This document shows, in pieces, positions 37,314 to 48,641 of a DNA stretch of 64,000 bases. The notes under the pieces were generated by a model that worked only from the letters and a program-made list of their open reading frames with translations, was not told where the DNA came from and searched no databases. The position numbers and the translations under genes are program-made. The DNA is taken from positions 1 through 64,000 of the forward strand of contig JADIIX010000127.1 in the NCBI GenBank assembly GCA_027604505.1. Direction: 5' to 3'. Position 1 is the stretch's first letter. Every line of letters starts with the position of its first letter. The DNA comes from Gonapodya sp. JEL0774. Its lineage: Eukaryota.

Positions 37314-39262
37314 ATGTCTGCGAAGCGGAAGACTGCGGCAAACCCTGCAATCGAGGCTGCTGTGTCGACAACGGCGCAAGCGATGCGCGACTCCCAAAAG
37401 AACCTTGTCCAGTCGCAGCCGCCCGCACCCAGACCCGAACCAAACCAGCCATCGAACAGAGAGGACGATGTTAATTCGAGCTCGAGCAGCATAGTCAATG
37501 GAATCAGGCTAGCGAGTGCGTGAACAATGAGCTAACAATGCGACGCCTAGGACGCGTCGAAGTTGCCCGCTTCGTCTCATCTAACTTATTCTGCCCCAAA
37601 ATTAACATCATCTTCAATCTAGGTGAACCGGACTCATCTAAAGTTATGACTGTGCTCGCGAACGATGGCAATACTGGCGACGCAATCGATGTGGCATACT
37701 CCAACTACAAGGTCATCGGCAACGGCTCTTTTGGTGTAGTCTTCCAGGCAAAGCTTTTGCCGTCGAGTGACCTCATTGCAGTGAAGAAGGTCCTTCAAGA
37801 TAGAAGGTTTAAGGTGAGCATTCAAGATGGTGCAGAGGCCGGGTGATTGTCCCCAACAGTCCGCAATACTTCGTCTGCTCCTATTCAATCATTTTCTCTC
37901 TCTCACAATCGATTTACTGTTTCGTCATCTTTTCGTTGCATTGCAGAATCGTGAACTCCAAATCATGCGTCTCGTCAACCACCCAAATGTCGTCACCCTT
38001 CGATACTTTTTCTACTCTGCCGGCGACAAGAAAGACGAGGTGTTCCTCAATCTCTTACTTGATTTTGTTCCTGAAACAATCTACCGGGCCAGCCGTAACT
38101 TTACTAGGGTAAAACAGACGATGCCCATGCTGCTCATAAAAGTGAGTGTCTGAGTGTAATCACACTTAAATACTTGCCATGCATCGAAGTCCTTCCAAGC
38201 CACGTGCATTGCATTCTAAAGCAATGCAATGATTATTTTTGTCTCATCGCATCCTCTCTCTTCTTTTTTTAACCACACAAGCTCTACATGTACCAAGTCT
38301 TCCGTTCCCTCGCCTACATCCACTCCCTCGGTATCTGCCATCGAGACATTAAACCGCAAAATCTATTGCTGGATGCCCAGTCAGGAGTTCTCAAACTTTG
38401 TGATTTCGGAAGCGCAAAGATCCTCGTTCAAGGGGAACCCAACGTGTCGTACATTTGCTCGAGATACTACAGAGCACCAGAACTCATTTTCGGGGCCACG
38501 AACTACGGGTGTACAATTGGTGCGTTGCGGCTTATAAAATTATGAAGCAACAGGTTTCTAATTGCTTTACGGGTCGCATCTTCTTTGTGTGTTGAGCGCA
38601 GATGTGTGGTCTGCTGGTTGCGTCATGGCCGAGCTCATGTTAGGCCAGCCTCTCTTCCCCGGCGAGTCTGGTGTAGACCAACTTGTGGAGATTATCAAAG
38701 TGCTGGGCACCCCAACCCGCGATCAAATAAAGAGCATGAACCCCAACTACACCGAATACAAGTTCCCTCAGATTAAGGCGTGCGCATGGACAAAGGTGAG
38801 AGCTGAACGTTTTGTTTCGACCGTGATGGAAGGATTTATTTCTGACCCATCACCTGTATACGCGGATAATATTATCAGGTCTTCCGCAACCGACCAACAA
38901 CTCCCGAAGCCCTCGACCTTCTTTCCAAGCTTTTAGAATATACACCAATCACGCGTTATACCGCCATGGACGCCCTTGTGCACCCTTTCTTCGACGAGCT
39001 CCGCCAAGCTGGAACGAAAATGCCCTCTGGTCGGGATCTTCCCCCTCTCTTCGATTTCTCCCTCGCTGAATTGTCAGTCCGTCCGGATCTTGCGAAACGC
39101 CTTGTACCACCTCACGCTGAGCAGGCGCTTAGGGAACGCGGCTTGGACGTCAATTCGTTCACACCTGTTCCACTGCAAAATCCGGCAGTTGTGTCGGAGA
39201 GGAGTCAGAGCCTGGCGGGAAACCCGAATGTGGTGGTGGCGCCCAGAGAGAAGGAGGCTTGA
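37314..39262 (+). CDS. GSK3: Glycogen synthase kinase-3 (shaggy-like kinase)
   Basis: [88 protein letters not shown]. Confidence 0.97.
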
Positions 39263-39763
39263 GCATGTGTGTTGGACGCTTGAACTGGTGGAATGGCAGG
39301 GATATGTCATGAAGTCGTGAGGCGACTAAATGTTTGGCGGATGGAGGGAAAGTAACGGACGTAACAATGCAGGCACAGCGGGAGCACTTCGCACTCTGTA
39401 CATTCATATTTCCACTTGCGCACCTCTTTTTGGTGATGGCGGTGGTGGTTCGCAGGACAGGATCACCATTCTTTGTTTATACACCTGTTTTCACACACTT
39501 ACCCCTTTTAATGTTCCCCCAATATTCTTGTATGATTTGCACGTGCTTTCTGTACCATTATTTGGATGGGCTTCGCTTGGTTTGGGTATCACCGACAACG
39601 GATAAAAGTTTCTCTATTAATGTCAGATGTAGTGCGGAGGGCAGTCTAAGTAATTTTATAGAGATGATCATATTAGAGAAGATACCCTAATTTAGATGCG
39701 ACTTTCGCACAATGACTGCAGGTCACGATCTCATCCTGTTTCTGTTCTCGATCGCTTCCTTCG

Positions 39764-40572
39764 TCATCGGTTACGGTGACTGTGATTGCTGGGGTTATGG
39801 GCATTCACTGGCGGGACCCTACTCAAGCAATCGCCTACACCATCCTCGATGTTTTTGTCTCTTGTACGAGAGAGCCTCCCAAAAGCACGCTGGCGCTCAC
39901 GGTCCGCGATAGAATCGTGAAACGGTTCACGACTAAGGCGTTCCTGAATAGGCAAAATGGCGAATATATTGGTGATGGTTCACCGTCGTCAGTCTCTCAC
40001 TCGACATCGAAGCTCACCATTTCTGTGACGTGCCATTCCCCATACCGCTTGGCAGTATCCACTGATTCATTCGGGCTACTTCGAGGCTCCAGTGCTTTCA
40101 TTCGCTCCTTGGAGCTGGACAAAGATGTTGCCTGGAAGATGACATTGGTCGGTCTATAAAGTTGCCAGTTGCAGCGGAAGCGGCGGTTGGGGTGGCTGTT
40201 CTTTGGCGTGAGATCCTCTGGTTGGGGGAACGAACGTTCGAGCTCGTTGGGGAAAGGGAAGTGTGTCGGTCGAGCCGGAGGAAGCGATGGGCTAGAAGGA
40301 CTCAAGTCTAGTGACTGGATGCCAAAGGTACTGATCCATCAACCAACTCACGACTTGGATTTCGATTTATAGTAGCTCGAAGAAGAACGTTCATTGATCA
40401 CCGTCCCGTTTGCGACTGCTGGCGAGGAGCGATCGGACTTTCCCTCCACCTGTCCCTCGGTACATTCAGGCCAAGTTAAATAGTCTTTGAAGCTCTTTGG
40501 AGGATTCGCAAGCTCCGATTTGGCAAGACAAAAGCGAGGTCCAGGGATCTCGGGGCCACTGTGGGCAACCAT
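39764..40572 (-). CDS. Three-exon hypothetical protein
   Basis: ORF pieces 40348-40701, 39997-40305 and 39764-39955 join in phase through GTGAG..AG introns (..KSKS|PSSPS.., ..HVTEM|ERLSREP..). No family recognised. The start may be 40701. Confidence 0.55.
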
Positions 40573-40833
40573 GTTCTTTGTTGTTTGATTGGAGCGAGGA
40601 GTGGGGATGGTTTTCGTTGCACATGCAGCCAAGACAAAACCGCCATTTTGATTCGGGTCATAAATGCCCACACTATTCGGAATGATGGCATCAAAATACA
40701 TTGTCGAATCTCATTAATTTCACTGTAACGCAATTTCCCTGCTAAGTCCCATCACTCCCTCATTAAACAAGCGGAAGAAAGTGAGTCAAGCACCTCACAT
40801 ACAGGCGAGGTTAAAGTCCGTTCTTGTTCGGTC

Positions 40834-43800
40834 CTACGCTGACTTCGCGTGAGCAGCCACGGCTGGAGCTGGGGTCGAGGATTGCGCTTTGGGTGACGCA
40901 ATAGAGTATCCAGTTCGCTTCTCATAGTCAAAGAGTCGCTCCATATCGATCAGAGGTTGTGCGTCCTCAATAGTGGCCGGAAACACGTAGCTGGTGCCGT
41001 TAACGATACTGCGCATCGTCTGTCAGGTAAGACCGAGCATACATTGACATGACGGAAACATATGAATTGTGTCATGAGTACCTACTTTTCTCAGAATCTT
41101 TCCACTCCTCGTCTTGGGTAAACGCTCGACCACGTAAACTTTGCTAAAGCACGCAAAAGCTCCGATGTGACTCCGAATGGATCGAATAAGTTCCTTCTCC
41201 ATCTGCTCGGGAGTAGCTTCAGATCCAGACTTAAGCACAACAAACCCAAGGGGAGCCTCTCCCTTCAATTTGTCAGCAACTCCAATGACAGCAGTGTCGG
41301 CGACCTAAAAGCGATCATATTGTCAGCACTGAGCCTACAAAAGTCCCAGACGCATTTCTCGAGGACCAGTAACATGCACTACTCACGTCTGGGTGCTCGC
41401 TGACTATCTCCTCCATTTGCCCTGTGCTCAGTCGATGACCCGCAACGTTAATGATATCATCTGTTCTGCCCATCACGTTGAGGTACCCGTCCGCGTCGAA
41501 CATGCCTGCATCTGTGGTGTCATAAAAGCCTTCGAACCTCTTCAAATAAGATTTTTGATAGCCTGCTTCGTTCTGCATGTAGTCGCAAAATTTGTCAGTC
41601 ATGACGATGCCACCCTGCTTGCGAGGAACATGAGGCACGAGAAAAATTTGAAATACCCACATTGTATAGTGTTCTGAAGACACCTGGCGGTAGTGGCAGT
41701 TGCACCACGATACCTCCCATTTCTTCTTGATTCGCAAACTCGTAAGTGATTTTCTTTCCCGCCGCTTCTGCCGCCTCGGCCTCCTCCTCAGTCGGTGGAA
41801 GGATAACCTTGATATCTGCGACCAACACAAAGTTCTTGACTCCGGCGCCACGCAAATCAATGACTATACCTTACCATAACCCGGCATGGGTAACCCCGCC
41901 GATCCTATTTTGACTGGGGCACTGGGGACACCCGGTAAATCGCTGTACGATTTCTCCAGCCCCTGGCATACTCCAGCGATGGGCCAACCGGTTTCGGTTT
42001 GCCACCAATTGTCCACGACGGGAACACCAAGAATGGCTGCGTACTAACAGCAGCAAAAAACAATGTTCAGCCAAGTTGTGGACAATCGCCAGAGAAACAT
42101 CGTACGGGCGTTGCAACTAACGTGATTCGCGGTGTCGGTATCGCAGCGCTCACCCGCCACGAACATTGTCCGCAGTGAGGAAATGTCGTACATACGAATG
42201 TAGTGGTCGTGCGGGTCGGCCCCCTTGATGGCACGCAGGGCGGTGGGGGCGGTGAAGAGCGTGGAAATCTGCGAAAAGGTGGGCAGAGTAGTGAACGTGC
42301 AACAATCTGAAAAATAGCGACAAATGAAAAAAGCGGAAGTCCAGCGCTCACTTTGTGCTCCTCAATCATTCTCCAGAAAGCGCCTGGATTCGGGGTAACC
42401 GGCTTTCCCTCATAACATACTGTGGTGCACCCGTGCATGAGCGGTGCGTACACAATGAATGTGTGCCCTACGACCCATCCCATGTCCGAAGCCGCAAAAA
42501 CAACTTCTCCCGGGTCAACGCCATAAAAATGTTTGGTCGCCCACTTAAGCGCCACAGCGTGGCCACCGTTCTCGCGGACGACCCCTTTTGGGGTGCCTGT
42601 GGTTCCACTACAGAGCGATTGGTCGGTGGGATGAGACTTGTGTGACCACAGAGTTAAATACAGGAGAACCCTATAATCTCACCTCGTGTACAGCACATAC
42701 AGCGGGTCGTCCGAATTGCACCACACATATGGGACCTTCTTTTGCGGATTGGCTGCCTTCCATTTCTTAACCTCTCCCTGCCATTCCACCTCTCCTTTCG
42801 TTGGATCCAACACTGCCGGCACGGATGGTCGCTGAAAAACTATAGTCTTTGAGACTTTGTGTGCTGAGTGAGTGTAAGCTTCTTGCACGAGAGGGAGGTA
42901 GGGAATAACGCGGGAGGGCTCAATGCCGCAAGACGCGGTGAGGATGATTTTGGGCTTGCAGTCGTCGATGCGTTTGGCACTGACATGCCATTCAGGGGTA
43001 TGGCATCAAGGTTTGGATTGTGTTAAAGTTCGGCCTCGAATATAATCAATTAGGCAGACCCCAATCCGGCGCAACTCACAGCTCTTTTGGTGCGAACCCT
43101 CCAAACACGACCGAATGAATTGCCCCAATTTTTGCACAAGCCAGCATCGCAACCATACCCTCGATGATCATGGGCATATATATGATGACGGTGTCGCCTT
43201 TGCTTACTCCGTGGTCCTGGTGAGGTACGCGAGGGGAGCCGAACAGTGGGGTTATATCCAAGGAGAAACAGTGAAGAAGCCCTCCTCCGGCGGACTTACG
43301 ATAAGGACACCAGAGAGGGTGTTCACAAGTTCATCAAGTTTGGCGTAGGTGACGGTTTTGCGTGAATTGGTGTAGGCCGAATCTGAGTTACGGCAAATCG
43401 TAATATTTAATCACCCAAAGTATCACGCACAGCCCTCTCAACCAGCACAGAGATGTCTTCTGCCGTGATTTGGCGTAAACTTGGTAGAAGTACTTACCCC
43501 AAATTACAGCTGGCTGGTTCCCACGCCCTTCGTCGATGTTCTTCTGCAGGCAGTTGAACGCAGTGTTGATCTTGCCACCATCGAACCAGCGATACTTTAA
43601 CGAACAGCAACCACAGGTTGATTAGTCTCGTGCACGTAGCACCACGAACAGTACTGTCATCTATACCTTTCCATCTGGAGTCTTCTCGGATGGGGTATAG
43701 ATACTGGTGGGGAACTTGTGCCACTTAACATCGAGCTACAAAGTGGGACCGTGTATGAATGCCGACAAGTGTGATAGCACATGAATGAATCAGCGGCCAT

Positions 43801-44189
43801 CATGGAGCAATCAACAAAAGATGTTTGTGCTCATAAATAATGTGCTGTTGGGACGATCTTTTGAGAAGCAAATCATGACTCACAGCCGCCTGGCCCCAGA
43901 AGCCATCCTTGTCTGAGAGCGAAAACGCATGTACTTCTTTCTGCAATACACGGTGATCACGATGGACGAGTCTTTTTGGTTGTTGAAGGCCAAGAGGGGA
44001 AAGAATTAGTGAGGTTCTGATGGGCAGGGTGAGGACCACAGATGGCGAAGGGGTAGCAGAAGCCGCACGCGACAAGGATGAGACGCTGGCTCGCGGTTGC
44101 CGTACTAAAGTAGGTTGGTTGATCGCACATGCTGCTCGAAGAGCGGTTGCTGGGGATGCTGAAGTAGATTTGGCGAGCGAAGAGGCCAT
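40834..44189 (-). CDS. ACSS3: Propionyl-CoA / short-chain acyl-CoA synthetase (ACSS3/PrpE-like), probably mitochondrial
   Basis: [106 protein letters not shown]. Ser/Arg/Ala-rich presequence. Confidence 0.92.
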
Positions 44190-44756
44190 AAATGCTGTCC
44201 TATTGCAGAGTCTGATCAGGCACGAGATCCGGGAGAACACGGCGACGTTTGAACAAGATAAAATAGATTTCAGGTCATTTAAATTACTGGGTTCAGCTCT
44301 CAGGCAGCTCAATTCACGGCTCGATTCGGTGCCGACAAGGAGACGGATACCCCGACAACATCATGCCATCCAGTGTACTCACGCGGTGTCCACGCGGATA
44401 AAGGCGAAGCTTTCTGAATGTTCTTCGAAATGGGATCGTTTGAACCAACTTTTTGGCTTTGATTCTTTGGATGGGGTTTACATACGACGGTGACGGTGAA
44501 CTCATGGCATGAATTCTGTGGGCCAGCCCAGTGACACATCCCGGAGGCATTCTGGTCGTCCCCCACTTGCATCGTCATTCCATTCGGGATAATCCGGGAA
44601 ATTTAAGTAGCAAAAAGTATCGAGACAATGGTGTAAAACATATGCTAATTGGGATGAGTAACTAAATTGTGTTAATGTTATAAATTACAGAGCTTAGCGA
44701 GGGAAGTGGGTGATCGCACAATAGTAGACTCAGAGTGTTGCGTTTGGATTCTCCTC

Positions 44757-47700
44757 TTACAACCAAGACAACCCAAACATTTTCCTCACCACGTCCACCA
44801 AGTTTGTACCCACTCCACCAGCTGTCGCACGGTTCTCCTTTACGTCCACATAGGCGAGGCCTTCTAACACCCCTTCGTCCTCGTTTAAAACCATTTCTGA
44901 TAATACGTGGCGCGGAGGGTATGCCAGTGACAGTCCAAGTGATTCGTTCGTGATACCCGGCGTTGCAGCAGTTTCAATATGTCTCATGGACGCTTCGATG
45001 CTTGACGATATCTGAGGTTCCAACACAGACCTACGGTGCCCCGGTCGATGATGGTGGTGGAACGACTCTGAAGCTGACACTTCGTGGGAGGCTTGGGCCA
45101 CATCTCTGCTGAAATAGTGCTCGAGTGGGGGGGGTGCGGTGGCACGAGACGGAGGGCGGGGGGAAGTCGATGTCCGAGAAGGTCCAATGAGGGATTCCGG
45201 TTCAGTGGTGAAGCGGGCAATCCCGGTTGAAGCCATGGGCCTAGGTTTGACGAGCTCCGGAGGAGGAGCAGACGGGGGTTTTGCAATGCCAAAAGCGGGA
45301 ACTGTTTGCAGCGGTGGTGTTTTCTGTAATTGTATGTCTTCATTGTTCATCACCCTCCTGAGTTCCTCTTCGGCATCCTTGGCCCGCTTCTCGCTCTCAA
45401 GTGTCTCCTTCGCCTCAACCCATTGTTCCATTACTTCACCCATCTCATCTAGTGCCTCTTCCAAGAAATGCCGGAATCGGGCAACTCTGTTGGGTTGGAG
45501 GGGTGTCCCATTAGATTCCCGGAAATCTTCGAACCCATATCCACCCGTTAAACCAGTTACATTGAACCAGTATGAGTCAGGGCGCACCTGGTCAAAGTAA
45601 AGCCTAGCCGTGAAATTGGAAAATGAAAGGCATCAACAACACATGAACCTACCATGTACGCAACCCCAAAACCGTCTGGCGCTACTTCGCCCCACCCGTA
45701 ACCCGTAAACCAATCTGACGGAATCTGACTAGTTGACAAGGTCCAGTGCTTGCTCAGCGCATAAGCCGGATCTTTGAAAAATTCGGGAATTGGTTCATCT
45801 GGGTAGAGGAGCAGGCGCAGTCCAAGAAGGTGGCGGTCGATGCCGTTGCCAGATTGGCACGACGCCATGTACGAGGATTGAGCCTGACATGCGGATGAAA
45901 GGAGCCTGGCTTTTTCGAAGATCTGGAGTGCATGACAGTGAGCCACTCTTCCACAAGCAGGTACGTGGTCACGTCACAACATCAGAGGAGCACTCACGTC
46001 TTCTTCATCATCCCAATTCTTCACAAAATCCACACTCTCCCTTGATACACTCCTGCAAGTTTCCGTCCTCCCCCAGGCATATCTTCTCATCCCCGCCGTT
46101 TCGTACACAGCTACCCAGGACCCGTACATTCGGTAATACGCCAGTTGGATCGCCATTTGCGCGTACGCATCTGGGGAAACCTTGAACTTCTTTACGATAT
46201 CTTTTCCGTAACGAGAATAACGGAGGGTGGAAAGCGTGTGGCGGCTGACAAGAGCATGAAAGGTCACGCTGGCATCGGAGATCACGTGAGTTAAGGCAGG
46301 AGATTGCTCAAAGTGAAGAAGAGTGGGTTCAGGAAGGTCGGGGTTCGAAGGGGTTGGTGGGGTAGAGAAGTCGAGGCCGTTCTTGGCTATGCTGCACACA
46401 GTCCAAACAGGCATAGAGAGAATTAGACACGATGTCACTCCACCAGTTCAGCAATTCCACTTTCCATAAAAACAAAACCCACGTTTCGCACACAAACTCC
46501 CCCAATGTCCCCGTCGGGGTTGCGTCCATCATACTGTGCTCCCCAAGAAAGCCAGCCTTTCCATTCGCAGCCACGATAAACTGGCACGTCTTATCAAACC
46601 AACGATTCTCTCCTCGCCCATGCCACATTAGACGTGCAACCTCCTCATTTGTCACAGGAGTATCGTCGTCCAAACACACCATGAACACCGACGACTCGAT
46701 GGCGTGTAGGTGACTCGCATGAGTAGGGTCACTCGATTTAAGCATTGCATGGTTGGCAGTCCAGTTGTCACGGTCATCAGAAGTCAAGATGCCCACCGCG
46801 GGGAAAGCCTCCGGATCTCTTTCCAGGATATTGTCTGTTTCGGTCATGATCCGCGATAGCTGATGTGCGACCTCGTGAGTGGTAAGTTGCCGTTTACCAC
46901 CCACTCCATCATCGACCATCATATCGAACGTCCAGAAGGCGTTACGCCGGGCAACAGCCACATGGGTGTTGACTTCGGGGTCGGCGCAAGCGGCGTAGTC
47001 AGATGGGATTGCAGGCATGCGACAAGAATTGAAGAGGTAGCGATATTGGTGAGGGCAGAGGGGCACGTTGCGCATCGTGTCAGGTGGGAGTTTACCACTT
47101 TCGAGGAGTCGGTAGAGGTTGGCCCAGTAAGGTCAGGGCAACAGAGGCTCGCATTTTCGGCTTAAGAGTCACCTGTAAAGCCTATTTCTGAACTCATACG
47201 CAGCGCTGGTGATCGTAGCGGCCCGAAGAGCTTGGCTCTTACGCCGCTTGTCGTCCGGGAACGAGAAAAAGTAAGAGACATTGATCACGACAGGTTCGCG
47301 GAATCTGATTGTGGAAGGTGAGACAAAGCTACGCGAATGAATGAGGTCCGCGGTGCTTACTGGAGATAGGAGTACTCATTCCACCAATCGCTACATGCAG
47401 TTCAACGGAGGGACCACATGAAAAGACAGATGGGGTCAACACCACCTGACATCGAGATGAGATATCAACTCACATCAACCAGTTGTTCCTGGTTGGTAAG
47501 GCAATTCCCTTTTCGTCCTTCCTCAATTCGGGTAGGAACTTGTTCGGCCCGAGCTCATTCGCCATCTTGGCTCTCTCAAGTAACCTCTTTTGCAAGGTGG
47601 GACCAAGCCCTCCTCGGGAATCATCCAGGAACTGTTCTGCAATATCCTGTGTGCGCTGAAAGTCTGCTTCGTTCACAAGTGGAGACACTGTGAGGAGATA

Positions 47701-48039
47701 TTTGTCCACCGTGTCCTGAAGATTTGGAACAGGCAGCGTAGGCAAGCTGGTTATGAGTTTGTGATCACGGGTAAAAGGTGTGTGTGAGGGAAGTGGGAAG
47801 GATTTTATCAAAGTGGAGCCTTCAGGAGGCTGGTATGTGGTGAGAACGATTGGTGCTGGCGACGGCGAATCCGATTTTCTTCCTCCACCAGCAGCCAATG
47901 ACACCGATGAAGAACCTCGTCGAAGAGGGGAGCTAGTTCCAGGCGTGGAAGGGCGGCGGTTTGAAGGTTTTGATTGTTCCACCCCATCCGTTGACGGAGC
48001 CGGTGTCAACGCGAGCTGCTGCTGCTGAAACCCTGGCAT
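44757..48039 (-). CDS. Carnitine O-acetyltransferase with N- and C-terminal extensions
   Basis: LPTLPVPNLQDT, PLCPHQYRYLFNSCRMP, NRWFDK, GEHSMMDATPT (catalytic His), SPDAYAQMAIQLAY, YETA..GRTET, GIDRHL, STSQ, GWGEVAPDGFGVAY. Confidence 0.93.
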
Positions 48040-48641
48040 TCGTACTGATGATCTTCTCCTCCCAAGATACGGGGGAGGTGAGCTGGAGCTTTTGGATTAG
48101 ATAGTGACGTCAACTGTTCATCGCAAATTCTTGTAATTACCCCGTCGGCTGCGTTTGCGTGAGCGGCATTCCACAAAAGATTGAGTTGCTGTCGAAAAAT
48201 CGGGATTATGAGCGGAGAAGAAACAACGGGAAAGATATAACAAGTTGGAATTGAGGGTCATCGGCCCAAATAAGTTCTGGGTGGAGGGCGGCACCCCTCG
48301 CGTGGCATGATGTCATGCAATGTTTCCCCCTCACATCCACCCACCATTGGCAAATCTAACTTGAATTTCTGATGCAATTGACCTTCTATATTTTTCAACC
48401 GGGATCAAACTTACCCATTTCGTTGAGAAAAGCGACAGCTGAGCTACACCCGACCTGGGAGACAAACAGCCTCGTGATCATTCATGTATTTACCCGCGCC
48501 AAGGAGATATGTATTCCCTAAGACATTTCTCACTCTGTGGCTAATATAAACTGTCCATTGGACTCAGGAGGTTAGTTGATAGAAGAATTTCATTGCGCAC
48601 ACGATTGGAATCTGCAAACCAAGTGTTACTACATGCGTAAT

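Noticed and set aside
30830..44760. Cryptic PTS1 through stop-codon read-through in the AKR, acyl-CoA synthetase or carnitine acetyltransferase
   Set aside because: None of the stops is in a TGA-CTA context, and the read-through extensions do not end in PTS1-like tripeptides.
32852..48112. TGACGTCA (CRE-like) palindromes at 32852-32859 and 48105-48112 in promoter regions
   Set aside because: An 8-mer is expected about once per 64 kb by chance; no supporting evidence.
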